A DNA stretch of 63,746 nt, counting the filler, from an uncultured bacterium (GTDB lineage: Bacteria; Latescibacterota; UBA2968), in the NCBI GenBank assembly GCA_964471275.1. It is 8 parts of 8 records of this genome, joined end to end, with 100 filler letters (N's around TTAATTAATTAA, not from the genome) between each part and the next. Parts side by side here need not be neighbours in the genome. Positions count along the whole stretch, not along the records: positions 8,157 to 16,195 come from CAYYGZ010000219.1; positions 16,296 to 24,271 come from CAYYGZ010000220.1; 6 more parts are not named here. One strand, 5' to 3'. The notes under the pieces are model-generated. The model did not search any database. It was not told where the DNA came from and saw only the letters and a program-made list of their open reading frames with translations. The translations under genes and the position numbers were made by a program. This document shows positions 9,590 to 19,748 of the stretch, piece by piece. Every line of letters starts with the position of its first letter. The stretch's first letter is position 1.

Positions 9590-11328
9590 GCGAACCGATC
9601 GTCAGATTGGAGTCGTTTGGTCGTGGCGAGGGGCATCGTTCATTTGTGTTCGGCGGGTATCGCTCGGCGATCGTCGCCAAAGAGCCTGGAGAGGTCCGCT
9701 CCGCTCTGGAGGCAGCCGATGGCGCGACCGTTGACGGCTATCACGCCGCAGGTTTCGTCAGCTATGAGGCGGCGCTCGGATTAGATCCGGCTTTTACGGT
9801 TCCCGGGAGGTGCGACGGGTTGCCGCTGGTCTGGTTTGGTGTTTTCGATACACGTGAAGAGCTATCACCGGATGATACGGCTGATGGGGTTTGGGCCGAG
9901 CATTTGGAGTGGTCGCCCTCGATCTCGCCTGATCACTACGTCGAGGATCTTGGGAAGATCCGAGCATATATCGGTGCCGGTGACACCTACCAGGTCAACC
10001 ACACTTTTCGTATGCAGGCCGACCTCAGGACTGATCCCTGGCCTTTCTACCGAGCCCTGTGTCGGTCTCAGCGAGCAGACTACTGCGCATACATCGATAC
10101 CGGCAGTCATTATGTCCTGTCAGCGTCTCCTGAGTTGTTCTTCTCGTTGAAAGACGGGATCGTTACAACCCGGCCGATGAAGGGCACACACCGTCGTGGG
10201 CGCTGGACCGAAGAGGATGAGCAGTTTGCGGAGGCACTTGCCCGGTCAGAGAAGAACCGTGCAGAGAACCTGATGATCGTTGATTTACTGCGCAATGATC
10301 TAGGTCGGATCTCCAGGACAGGGTCTGTGACGGTCAGGGACCTCTGGGAGGTCGAGGCATACGAAACGCTCTTTCAGATGACGTCCACGGTAGAGAGCCA
10401 ACTGCGAGATGAGGTCAGCCTCAAGGGCATGTTTGAGGCGCTCTTCCCGTGCGGGTCCGTGACAGGCACACCAAAGATCAGAACGATGGAGCTGATCTCC
10501 GAGATCGAGTCGGAACCCCGGGGTATCTACACCGGGGCTATCGGCTACGTTTCCCCCGAATCTAAGGCTGCGTTCAATGTCGCGATCAGGACAGTCGCCA
10601 TTGAGAAGGGCGCTGGAAGGGCCGTCTTTGGGGTCGGCGGAGGGATCACCTGGGACTCGACCGCTGAGGACGAGTATCAGGAGTGTCTCATGAAAGCGCA
10701 GGTGCTTACGGAGAGACGACCCGATTTCCATCTCTTCGAGACTGTTCTGTATGAGCTGGATTCGGGAGCGTTTCTGTGGGACCGACACGTCGACAGACTC
10801 GACCGGTCCGCCGGCTACTTTGGCTTCCGGTATGATCCGGAGCAAATCGAGGCAGAGCTGAGGAAGGCGACCGATTCCCTGACGGAACGTTCCAAGGTCC
10901 GGATTATGCTGGAAGCGGACGGGACGGTGTCGCACCAAACAGGATCGCTGGCCAAACAGGACGTCTACACCGTCTCGGTGTCGCCGGTTCGGGTCGATTC
11001 CAATGACATCTTTCTCTACCACAAGACTTCGTATCGGAAGGTCTATGACGGGTGCCGAAGCGCCTGTCCTGATGTGGACGATGTCATCCTTCTGAATGAG
11101 CGCGGTGAGGTTACGGAGACAGCGATCGGCAACATCGTGATCGAGCGGGAGGGGAGACGTCTGACACCACCCGTAGGCTCAGGTCTGCTGGCAGGCACAT
11201 TCAGGGAGGACCTGCTGGCCCAGGGTGAGATCGAGGAAGCCATCCTGGATCACCAGGATCTTGCGACAGCGGACAATGTATACATGGTTAACTCAGTGCG
11301 TGAATGGGTTCCTCTGAGGATCGTGTAG
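9586..11328 (+). CDS. pabB: Aminodeoxychorismate synthase component I fused to ADC lyase (class IV aminotransferase) domain
   Basis: GDTYQVN, SPELFF, RPMKGT, KNRAENLMIVDLLRND, FNVAIRT; C-terminal LYHKT..R, NERGEVTE, GLLAGTFR. TTG start overlaps the upstream stop. Confidence 0.88.
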   Translation: MSEPIVRLESFGRGEGHRSFVFGGYRSAIVAKEPGEVRSALEAADGATVDGYHAAGFVSYEAALGLDPAFTVPGRCDGLPLVWFGVFDTREELSPDDTADGVWAEHLEWSPSISPDHYVEDLGKIRAYIGAGDTYQVNHTFRMQADLRTDPWPFYRALCRSQRADYCAYIDTGSHYVLSASPELFFSLKDGIVTTRPMKGTHRRGRWTEEDEQFAEALARSEKNRAENLMIVDLLRNDLGRISRTGSVTVRDLWEVEAYETLFQMTSTVESQLRDEVSLKGMFEALFPCGSVTGTPKIRTMELISEIESEPRGIYTGAIGYVSPESKAAFNVAIRTVAIEKGAGRAVFGVGGGITWDSTAEDEYQECLMKAQVLTERRPDFHLFETVLYELDSGAFLWDRHVDRLDRSAGYFGFRYDPEQIEAELRKATDSLTERSKVRIMLEADGTVSHQTGSLAKQDVYTVSVSPVRVDSNDIFLYHKTSYRKVYDGCRSACPDVDDVILLNERGEVTETAIGNIVIEREGRRLTPPVGSGLLAGTFREDLLAQGEIEEAILDHQDLATADNVYMVNSVREWVPLRIV

Positions 11329-11694
11329 GAGACTCCCCGCGAACCTGGCGTCCTCCGTCATAGCTGACAGCTGCGAGTGGGGTCGCGGGTATTGCCGGTT
11401 GAGTCGGGCACCGCGCCGTTCATTGCCAGCGGAAGGATCTGCAAAGACACAATGGGGACGATCGCACCTCTCGCTTCGTTCTGCCTCGGGCCCGTGAGAG
11501 TAGAGGCTTTTACCTGCTCGTCGCCGCATCCAGCCCAGCGTTCAAACCGCGCAGGTATCAAAACATATGCCTCGATTGATAGGTGGATCGAGACTTCTTC
11601 TTGCCCAAGTTCTCCACCGGCCGAGCTACTTCCTGTGGCTCTCTTTCTTGCGTTTGACACGTGGATATTCTGGGGCGACTGAGATCTGTTTGTA

Positions 11695-12651
11695 CTATTC
11701 GCCAACAATGCGGAACAGGACGGACTTCTCGACAACGGTCCCGGTCTGCAGATCGGTTGCGCTGATGGTCAGTTTGTGTATTCCGGTCGACAATTGGGAG
11801 ACGTCGAATTCGAGAAACGTGAGGTCTTTCCGGGTGTCGCCTATGTAGCGTGTGGCGATCGTTGTCTGGCTTTCCTCTCCTTTCCAGGTTCGCTCTACCT
11901 GCATGCCGCTTCGATGGCTGCTGGGCACCAGGTATGGGTAGCCCGTGGCCGGCTCGCCCAAATCGGTGGTCCGCTCCAGCGATTCGAACAACTCCGCCTT
12001 CAGCTCCGCTTCATCTGGTCTTTCCATTCGGTAGGCAATCTCGAACCGTGTCTGCCCGAAGGTGTCTCTCTCCAGATTGTAGAGCTCCAGGTAGACGAAC
12101 ACACGCTCTTCCAATTGGTATAGCCGGAGCGGATTCGGCTGAATCGTCAGGTTGGCTCGTGTTGTGAGCTTGTCTCCAGCCATCCGGATATCCGTCGCAA
12201 GCAGCAGGTCGCTCAGGTCCAGGCGATCTGATTGACCGGGTGCCTGACAGTGGTAATGGAAGGACCCGGTCGATTTGACCTTGAGATCGAGCACACCCAC
12301 GTGCACATCAAACTCAGATGCCGGCAGCCGGATCTGCTCCTGCGCCAGAACGTAGTTCTTACGCAGCCCGAACACGCCGGCGGGAGGGAGTGAGGTCGGG
12401 CGAGCCCAGGAACTGTGGTAGCTCTCGCCCAGGCTGTCCACCACAGAGATCGTCTGTTCGATTCGAACCATGTCACGTTTTCCCCCGGACGCAGCCATCC
12501 CGACCCGGGGAATTGCGTAGGACATCTCCAGTACGATGTGGTTACCCCCATCCTGGAAGACCGTAACCAGATAAGGCAAAGTGTATCGTGTGGTGGCGGC
12601 TGCCGAAGCGGCGAAGAGAACGGCAAACGACCATGCAAGCAGGGGGCTCAA
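11695..12651 (-). CDS. Putative secreted protein resembling the C-terminal part of GWxTD-domain proteins
   Basis: Signal-like LLAWSFAVLFAASAAA; LSDLLLA, NPLRLY, VFVYLELYNL..D.FGQTRF. TTG 12651 overlaps the upstream stop; no GWxTD motif present. Confidence 0.55.
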   Translation of the reverse strand: MSPLLAWSFAVLFAASAAATTRYTLPYLVTVFQDGGNHIVLEMSYAIPRVGMAASGGKRDMVRIEQTISVVDSLGESYHSSWARPTSLPPAGVFGLRKNYVLAQEQIRLPASEFDVHVGVLDLKVKSTGSFHYHCQAPGQSDRLDLSDLLLATDIRMAGDKLTTRANLTIQPNPLRLYQLEERVFVYLELYNLERDTFGQTRFEIAYRMERPDEAELKAELFESLERTTDLGEPATGYPYLVPSSHRSGMQVERTWKGEESQTTIATRYIGDTRKDLTFLEFDVSQLSTGIHKLTISATDLQTGTVVEKSVLFRIVGE

Positions 12652-13256
12652 CGTCTCGGCCTTGTGATGGGGGGGAGAAAGACGTGGCTGAACGAGCGTG
12701 TCCACCAGACACCGTCCATCACACGTTGCACAGGTGTCGAGAATCGGTATTCAACCACGCGTGCCCTCATGTAGCGAGGGGGATCATCCGGGAAGGGGTT
12801 CTGGGCCAGCAGCTTCTCGACCGGCTCGGGGCCGTTGAGCAATCTTTGCGTAAAGGGATGAAACCACGGGCTGTTCCGGACCCGGCCGAGCGCGGCGCGC
12901 CATATCTGCCAGTCCAGTCGGGGCTGATGTGGGGCGACGAAGGGCGGGTGTCTGTGCGGGTCTCCGGGTTTGTAATAGAACTCATAGTTCTCCCAGAAGA
13001 CACCGTCACTGCTCCCTTCCAGGACGATCTCCTGGCGGTTCATCGTCACGCCTGAGAAAAGACCGTATGTATTCAGGATTCGGAAGGGCAGAATCAATTC
13101 GTACAGGTCGTGAATGACCTCGGGAAACCAGACGTCCACCCGGAAGATGCTGCGGGTCATGAGCAAAGAGGTCAGGAGCAGGTTCAGGCAGATGACCGGA
13201 GCAATCACACTGATCGTCAAACAGTAGAGTGGGGGAGTCTGGTGGCTCGCTGACAC
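12648..13256 (-). CDS. Lipase maturation factor (LMF1) family, C-terminal domain only
   Basis: NTYGLF..T..RQEIVLEGS.DG..W..YEF.YKPGD...PP.VAPHQPRLDWQ.W; the N-terminal membrane domain is missing. Start uncertain. Confidence 0.75.
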   Translation of the reverse strand: MSASHQTPPLYCLTISVIAPVICLNLLLTSLLMTRSIFRVDVWFPEVIHDLYELILPFRILNTYGLFSGVTMNRQEIVLEGSSDGVFWENYEFYYKPGDPHRHPPFVAPHQPRLDWQIWRAALGRVRNSPWFHPFTQRLLNGPEPVEKLLAQNPFPDDPPRYMRARVVEYRFSTPVQRVMDGVWWTRSFSHVFLPPITRPRR

Positions 13257-13358
13257 GCATATGTCGCGGGTGATGAATCCTGAGGGCTAGGCGATCACGT
13301 TACTCGTATCCACGTGGTAAGGCATCAGCGCAAAGCGAAGCAGCGTGTTGAGCCAGGG

Positions 13359-14090
13359 TCAAACAGGCAAGATATCCATTCGCAACAGACCCGTTACCAG
13401 ACCGATCAGACCTCCAAACACACCTCCCCAAACGACCAGCCACCCGAGATGCTCCCGGATCATGTCATGGACGATCTGCTTGACCAGGTCCGGTGTGAGC
13501 TCGTCCAGACGCTTGATGACGATGCGATCGACCTTCTCGATGATTTCTTCGGTCACATTCTCTTCTCCCATGCCCGATTCGACTGCCTTCAGAAAATCGG
13601 GTGAGCCGAGTATGCCCTTGACTTCTTTCCGCATCTGGGCTTCTAACGGATCCTTGAGAGGCTCCAGGGCCGCAGTCCCGCCGATAAAACCGAGCATACT
13701 GCCAAACTGCGACTGAACCACGGCTTCGAGAAATCCATCGAATATACGGTCGTAGTCGATGATCTCGACAACCGGATCGGGGTTGAACGAGCTGGCTATG
13801 TCCTCCGTTTGCGCTTCGAAGAATCCGGCGACATTGTCGCTCGTGAAGAACTGGTCCATGATCAGCGACCGGATAGCCGTCTTGAACTCCTCAAACCGGT
13901 TGGGCACCACACCAGAACCATACAGGAGGGGCACCTTCTCAAAGAGCATGTGGACGGCCAACCAGTTGGTGAAGGCCCCGGAGGTGGCGAATAGGCCGAC
14001 GGTCAGGATAAGTTCACCCCGGGTGGGCGAAAATAGCCCCACGCCGATGAACGCGATCGAGATGAGGTTGGTTGCGAGACTCTTGTTCAT
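13359..14090 (-). CDS. DUF445 family membrane protein
   Basis: GAFTNWLAVHMLF..GVVP.R at the N-terminus and HLGWLVVWGGVFGGLIG at the C-terminus. Confidence 0.85.
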   Translation of the reverse strand: MNKSLATNLISIAFIGVGLFSPTRGELILTVGLFATSGAFTNWLAVHMLFEKVPLLYGSGVVPNRFEEFKTAIRSLIMDQFFTSDNVAGFFEAQTEDIASSFNPDPVVEIIDYDRIFDGFLEAVVQSQFGSMLGFIGGTAALEPLKDPLEAQMRKEVKGILGSPDFLKAVESGMGEENVTEEIIEKVDRIVIKRLDELTPDLVKQIVHDMIREHLGWLVVWGGVFGGLIGLVTGLLRMDILPV

Positions 14091-14382
14091 TATGATGAGT
14101 ATACTCCGCTGATGTAGGTGTACCGAATTCGCGGCCAGTTGGACTGCTGATCCATCGAGATCAAGATCCTCAGTCTACACGGTGTTTCCGTTTTGGGCAA
14201 GACGGACGCCCGGTCTTGGTTTCATTCCCACATCCGAGATAACGCTGCTCTTTGGACCATTGGTCCCCCCCGATGTGTTTCACCGCCCAGCCAGTAAGTA
14301 GCTTCTCTTGCACCACGAAAAAGCCGATCCCGCGGTTCATCTGCAAGATCGGCTTCTCTATCCTACCCAATATCGTTTCCGG

Positions 14383-15324
14383 CTATACACTCACCGTTTC
14401 CTGGATGTTTTCAATGAATACGTCACGGCTTGCCGGTTTGAGTACGATCTTCTGGATTTTGCGTGGGAGCAGCTCGCTCACCATATCTTTTGTGATGTAG
14501 CCGGCAGTGATGATGACCGGTGTGTCTACTCCGCTCATTCGAAGCGTTTCCAGCGTCTCGAAACCATCCATCCCTGATGTCCAGAGGTCGATCATGATCA
14601 GGTCGTAATTCGCAAGCATCGTGGCCTCGACGATTTCATCGCCGCCCCTGCAAGCCGTGACTTCAGCGCCTGCGTCTTTCAGCCACCCCTCATACTCGTT
14701 GCGCGTGTCATCGTCGTTTTCCGAGAAGATGATGCGGGCCGGACCTTCGTATTTCTCGATATGCGGCGGCTGCCACGGTCGGATCTGTCGTGTCGTTGCG
14801 GTAGGCGTGGGTATCGACTCTTGTTTGGGCGTGTCGGTAGCTGGTGTCTGTGCGGGGAGGGATGCATCGGGGATGGCCGGGGGAGCGGGAAGCAGGTCTG
14901 ATAAATCAGATTTCAGGTGATCTTCATTCTGGCCCAGATCGGCCAGGGCGTCGAGGATCGGGTTCGGCTCATCTTCCAGAAGGTCGGAAACGGCTTTGAC
15001 CAGTTCGCTGTAGTCGAAGGGAGCTGGAAGGAGACGGTCGACAAGATCGACCGATTGCTCCGCCCAATCTGCGTTAGGCGCGGTCCCAATCACGGGAGTG
15101 TGCACGCCGTATTTTCGGAGAAGTTCGACCAGGCGAACACCATCGAATTCTCCATCGAGGTAGCGGTCGACGATAATGACTTCGTAGGAATGGGCCATCG
15201 CTTTGCTCAGGGCCCGCTGGGGGTCGCACGTCAGACTGACGGCGTATCCGACGTCCTGTAGGATTTCCTGGATGACGTCGACTATCAACTTGTTCCGGTG
15301 TACTACTAAGATCTTGCCCTTCAT
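14383..15324 (-). CDS. Response regulator with two receiver domains joined by a Pro-rich linker
   Basis: REC1 (VIIVDRYL..DGV) and REC2 (LIMIDLW..MDGFE..VIITAG..LKP); no output domain; SD GAGGAAGG. Confidence 0.8.
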   Translation of the reverse strand: MKGKILVVHRNKLIVDVIQEILQDVGYAVSLTCDPQRALSKAMAHSYEVIIVDRYLDGEFDGVRLVELLRKYGVHTPVIGTAPNADWAEQSVDLVDRLLPAPFDYSELVKAVSDLLEDEPNPILDALADLGQNEDHLKSDLSDLLPAPPAIPDASLPAQTPATDTPKQESIPTPTATTRQIRPWQPPHIEKYEGPARIIFSENDDDTRNEYEGWLKDAGAEVTACRGGDEIVEATMLANYDLIMIDLWTSGMDGFETLETLRMSGVDTPVIITAGYITKDMVSELLPRKIQKIVLKPASRDVFIENIQETVSV

Positions 15325-15459
15325 CCTTCCTCTCCCCTGGTGACAGTCGCACCTCAGGTGCTTACACTGGTGCTTGTGTCACTACTCGAAATGGTTCGAT
15401 TGATTTCGGATTCACAGATCGCGCTCAGGGCCGGTGGTCAAGACCGGACCGACCCCGAA

Positions 15460-15897
15460 TTACATCTCTTCACGGAAGCTTTCCAGTACTTTATTCAGCC
15501 GCACACGATCACTGTTTAGATCGGCTGATTTGCTGATTTCGTGAGTGTTTTGGCGGCTAAACTTGCTTTTAAGTGTCGAGAAAATGCCGCCTACGCGAGC
15601 AGGCAACCCGAGGGGTTCGGGCGTGACGTCCGGGGTGCCCTCGAGGCCATAAATCTGGGTCGCGTTGCGGTCGCCCTGGGATACCCAATCGGGTAAAGGA
15701 GGCGGCTCGACGTTACCTGCACCGGCCATAGCCGGCTGCAACTGACTGGAGAATACGAACTGTGGGGTGGGAGAGGACTCAGAGGTTTTGGCCTCTTTGC
15801 CCTTGGATGCGCCTGACATCAGGAGGTAGAGAACTGCTCCACAAATGTCGAGTATGACGATGATCTGAAGTGCCGTGGTAAGGATACCGTCCAACAT
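15460..15897 (-). CDS. Hypothetical protein with N-terminal TM helix
   Basis: 145-aa ORF with SD GAGGAG. Confidence 0.65.
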   Translation of the reverse strand: MLDGILTTALQIIVILDICGAVLYLLMSGASKGKEAKTSESSPTPQFVFSSQLQPAMAGAGNVEPPPLPDWVSQGDRNATQIYGLEGTPDVTPEPLGLPARVGGIFSTLKSKFSRQNTHEISKSADLNSDRVRLNKVLESFREEM

Positions 15898-15989
15898 GAC
15901 TCTGACTCCTCGCAGCTACCCGATCTGGTCTATACCGCGCGCTGGTATTTGCATTGCAGGTCGGCTGGTGGCCAACCCCTACCGAACTC

Positions 15990-16195
15990 TTATCGCGCAA
16001 CCCGTCTGAGGACGCTCTTTACTTTAGCAGCAAGAACGTCTAGGTCGACGGGCTTGTTGAGGTAGTCGTCGGCCCCATACTCGAGACCCCGGACCGTATC
16101 GGATGCTTCCGTTAGGAACGCAGTGATCATGATGATTGGAATCTCCGATGTCAGCGGATCGCTCTTCAGGCGCTGGCAGACCTGGTAGCCGTCCA
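15990..16195 (-). CDS. Response regulator receiver domain, 5'-truncated by contig end
   Basis: DGYQVCQRLKSDPLTSEIPIIMITA..GLEYGADDYLNKP..VLRRVAR-stop; not in the ORF track. Confidence 0.85.
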
Positions 16196-16295
16196 NNNNN
16201 NNNNNNNNNNNNNNNNNNNNNNNNNNNNNNNNNNNNNNNTTAATTAATTAANNNNNNNNNNNNNNNNNNNNNNNNNNNNNNNNNNNNNNNNNNNN
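16196..16295. other. Artificial contig linker
   Basis: N-run/TTAATTAATTAA/N-run. Confidence 0.99.
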
Positions 16296-17043
16296 CGCTA
16301 ACTCTCCTTCGTCAATCCCACATTCTTATCGATTGCTTCCAACGTCTTGGGTTCGTCGTCAACCAGTCCGAAATGCTCTCTGATCACATGTACCTCTCGA
16401 TCCTCCAACGACGCCAGCGCAAGCGTCAGTTGCTGATGATCGGATGCGTCACTCACCTCGAGGTCCGGCGACGCCTGCCGCTCATCGGAGATCAGGTTCA
16501 GTGGGTGCTGCGCATCCTCACCGGCGGCCGGCTGATCCAGCTAGGCCAGTTCGCGCGACCACATAAGCATCTCTCGCACACGATCCACCGGGACACCCAG
16601 AATGTCGGCAATCTCATCTTCGGCTGCTTCAACGCCCGTCTTCTGCTGGATTTCTCGCGAGATCTGTGTGATGCTGTTCAGGAGCTTCACGCGGTTCGCC
16701 GGCAGGCAACCGGTACGCGTATCCTGAGACAGACTGTTCAGGATGACCTGGCGGATCCACCATCACGCTTAGGTGATGAACCTCACTCCGGATCGAACCG
16801 CTCGGCCGCCGTGATCAAACCGGCGTTACCGGCGCTGATCAGGTCCTCGAGATCCATTCCACACCCCTGAAATTTTCTCGCGGGCCTCACGACAAACCTC
16901 AGGTTGGCGTTTGCCAGGTTGTTTCTTGCCTGCTGAATCCTTCTCGCCAACTCACACTCTGAACGTGAATCAAGAGGTGTCGAGTCCGAGATATCCGTAA
17001 AGTACTGGTCCAGCAGACCGCTGTCTGTACTCCTGACTGTCAT
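16296..17043 (-). pseudogene. Disrupted RpoD/RpoS-like sigma70 factor
   Basis: LDQYF, ANLRFVV..A.KFQG.G.DLEDLISAGN.GLI.AAERFDPE then stop; region 2.4 is garbled; later RLPANRV, a further in-frame stop, and region 4 (LEDREVHVI..HFGL..EPKTLEAI..GLTKERV). SD AAGGAGG. Confidence 0.85.
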
Positions 17044-17381
17044 ATCTTTACGCCTCCTTGGTCGACGTAGTTCCGGGGTGGGTTGGGGATGCTGCCTGTG
17101 TTGTCGACCTGCCCGTATAAAACGCAAGGGCTGTGTCACCTGACGACTGATCCGAGAATTTCCCTTATACCATTGTAGCTCAACAAGTTACGTATTTGAG
17201 TCGTCTGCAGTCGTCACACAGCGACCCTCCGGGTAGCACAAAACGTTCCCCCCTGTGTGATCCCGCTTACAACAAAATGAGACAAAACCGCCGCCTCATC
17301 GGGGATTCGGCTCATTTCAATCTGACCGTAGGCCGCGGTTTTGGGTTTCCTAGACCCGCTATCCGCCGTAAACTGCCTCCG

Positions 17382-18212
17382 ATGAGCCATATCAACCCCA
17401 TTCTCGCCGTCTTCCTGTCTCTGATCTGCCTCTACTTGATCTATGCGGCGTGTCTCTACACCTTCCAGCACGCGGTGATGTTCCCGGGTGTACGCTCCCT
17501 GCACGGCGAGGAGCCACCCGACCTTCCAGACGGTGCAGAGCGCTTCTGGCTGCGGGTCCAGGACAAGCCGGTCGAAGGTTGGTTCCTCCCCCCCACGGAT
17601 CCCACTGTTGACCGGTCTCCCCTCGTCATCTTCGCGCACGGCAACGCAGAGCTGATCGACTTCTTCAAGGATCGATTCCAGGTGTTCCGCGACAATGGTC
17701 TGGCCGTCGCGCTGATCAGCTACCCGGGGTATGGGCGCAGCAAGGGGAGCCCGACTGAAGCATCGATCGCGGATACCTTCACACGCGCATACGACACGCT
17801 TGTTGCGCGGGACGACATCGATTCTGATAACATCGTCCTGATCGGTCGTTCCATGGGCGGGGGTGCGGCCTGTCTGCTCGCGGACAGACGTCCCTCGACC
17901 GCGCTCGTGCTAGTCTCCACATACGAGAGCGTGACCGCTATGAGCAGACGATACCTGGTACCCTCGTTCCTGGTGCGCAGTCCCCTGGACAACATCTCCG
18001 TCGTACGCAACTACCCGAACCCGGTCCTCGTGCTCCACGGGCCCGATGATCGCGTCATCCCATACGACCACGGAGTTGCCCTGTCGCAGGCTGCTGCTGA
18101 CGGGACACTCTGGACCTACGAAGACGTCGCACACGTCGACTGCCCACCCGACTGGGACGCCTTCTGCACACGAACCCTCGGCTTCCTCAAAGAGTGTGGC
18201 GTTCTTCCGTAA
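17382..18212 (+). CDS. Alpha/beta hydrolase with N-terminal TM helix
   Basis: FAHGNAE, YPGYGRS, GRSMG nucleophile elbow, LHG.DD.VIP, catalytic His region. Confidence 0.88.
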   Translation: MSHINPILAVFLSLICLYLIYAACLYTFQHAVMFPGVRSLHGEEPPDLPDGAERFWLRVQDKPVEGWFLPPTDPTVDRSPLVIFAHGNAELIDFFKDRFQVFRDNGLAVALISYPGYGRSKGSPTEASIADTFTRAYDTLVARDDIDSDNIVLIGRSMGGGAACLLADRRPSTALVLVSTYESVTAMSRRYLVPSFLVRSPLDNISVVRNYPNPVLVLHGPDDRVIPYDHGVALSQAAADGTLWTYEDVAHVDCPPDWDAFCTRTLGFLKECGVLP

Positions 18213-18254
18213 CCGACCCCTATTGAACCCGGACAAACCCGCTAGGTATCCAGA

Positions 18255-19712
18255 ATGTCTACAACACACATCGACACACCCACCTCAGTCCTCCGTTTCG
18301 GCCACGCACGATGCGACACCACGCCGCCGATCGGGATCTACCATCGGATGTGGGGGGCCGCACGCCACGACGCCGCTACCGGGATCCACCGTCCGCTCCA
18401 GACCGACGTCGTTGTTCTCGAACCAATCGGTGGCCACGCAGCAGATCGTGTGTTGCGGCTCCAGCTCGAGTTCGTCGGTCTGACAAACGAGCAGATGGAT
18501 CGCCTGGTCGCAAACGTGTCCGAGGCGTCTCATACCCCGCCCGACCGCGTATTGATCACATTCTCACACTCGCACGCATCTGGGGTGTATGCGCCCAACC
18601 GGAAGGGGCTCCCGGGTGGTGATCTGATCGAGCCGTTTCTCGATGAGCTGAATAGGAAAGTCACCGTGCTCGCAGAGGAGGCTGAACGTGCGTTGTCTCC
18701 GGCGACGATCACCTACGCCTTCGGTCGGTGCGACATGGCCGTGAACCGGGACTATCGGGACGATGCAAACGGGATCTATGCGACGGGATACAACCCGGAT
18801 CGAGAGGGTGATGACACGGTTCTCGTGGGACGGGTGGTGGGACAGGATCAGGAGACTCGATTGGTCTTCGTAAGCTATGCCTGCCACCCAACCACCTTGG
18901 CCTGGGACAACACCCTCATCAGCCCGGACTACGTTGGAGCCCTTCGCGAGGTCGTCGAATCTGACACCGGAGCACCTTGCTGCTTCTACCAGGCCCCCAG
19001 CGGCGATCTCGGACCACGGGATGGTTTCGTCGGTGACGTGGGTATCGCTGACCGGAACGGTAAGCAGGTTGGGCACGCTGTCCTCTCTGCCCTCTACAGT
19101 ATGGGTTCTCCTCGCCACGATTTCACTTACGGCGGACCCGTCGTTTCCGGTGCCACGATTGGTACGTGGAAATGGCAGGAACAGGTGGACGACCGAGCAC
19201 AGAAGACTCAGGTCTTTAGAGGAGGATCCTACGAAGCGGGTCTGGAGATGATCGATCTGCCGACCAGCGAAACGCTCAGAACAGATATGGCCCGGTTTGT
19301 GGAGGAACAAGGAGAGGCAGACCAACGTGGGGACGCAATCGCGGCAAGGGATCTAGGAGCTCGGGCAGAGAGATGCAGACGGTGGCTGGGGCGTGTCGAA
19401 TTGCTGCCGGAAGGGAAGGCATTTCCTTACCATTTCAGCGTCTACCAGTTTGGTGATGCCGTCTGGGTCACCTGTGGTGCAGAGCCCTACAGCTGGTTGC
19501 AGGTCGAGTTGCGCCGGCGTTTCCCGGGGATGACGATAATGGTCTCGTCACTCGCGGGTGACACCCAGGTTGCCTACCTGCTGCGGCGGCAGGACTATGG
19601 CAAGGGTCTGTATCAAGAGGAACCGTCGGCCCTCGCATCGGGATGCCTCGAAATGCTTGCCGACGCCATCACCGCTCGAATCGAAGAAGTGACAGGATGC
19701 GCCCGGATCTGA
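18255..19712 (+). CDS. Neutral/alkaline ceramidase N-terminal-like amidohydrolase family protein
   Basis: DTTPP.G, HRPL, SHSHAS, VNR, YACHPT, ISPDYVG, SGDLGP motifs. Confidence 0.7.
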   Translation: MSTTHIDTPTSVLRFGHARCDTTPPIGIYHRMWGAARHDAATGIHRPLQTDVVVLEPIGGHAADRVLRLQLEFVGLTNEQMDRLVANVSEASHTPPDRVLITFSHSHASGVYAPNRKGLPGGDLIEPFLDELNRKVTVLAEEAERALSPATITYAFGRCDMAVNRDYRDDANGIYATGYNPDREGDDTVLVGRVVGQDQETRLVFVSYACHPTTLAWDNTLISPDYVGALREVVESDTGAPCCFYQAPSGDLGPRDGFVGDVGIADRNGKQVGHAVLSALYSMGSPRHDFTYGGPVVSGATIGTWKWQEQVDDRAQKTQVFRGGSYEAGLEMIDLPTSETLRTDMARFVEEQGEADQRGDAIAARDLGARAERCRRWLGRVELLPEGKAFPYHFSVYQFGDAVWVTCGAEPYSWLQVELRRRFPGMTIMVSSLAGDTQVAYLLRRQDYGKGLYQEEPSALASGCLEMLADAITARIEEVTGCARI

Positions 19713-19748
19713 AAGTACGATGCCAGGTTTCCGCGATTCGAGCGCTCG

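Noticed and set aside
9586..11328. PabB-PabC fusion as a novelty
   Set aside because: Well-known architecture in many bacteria.
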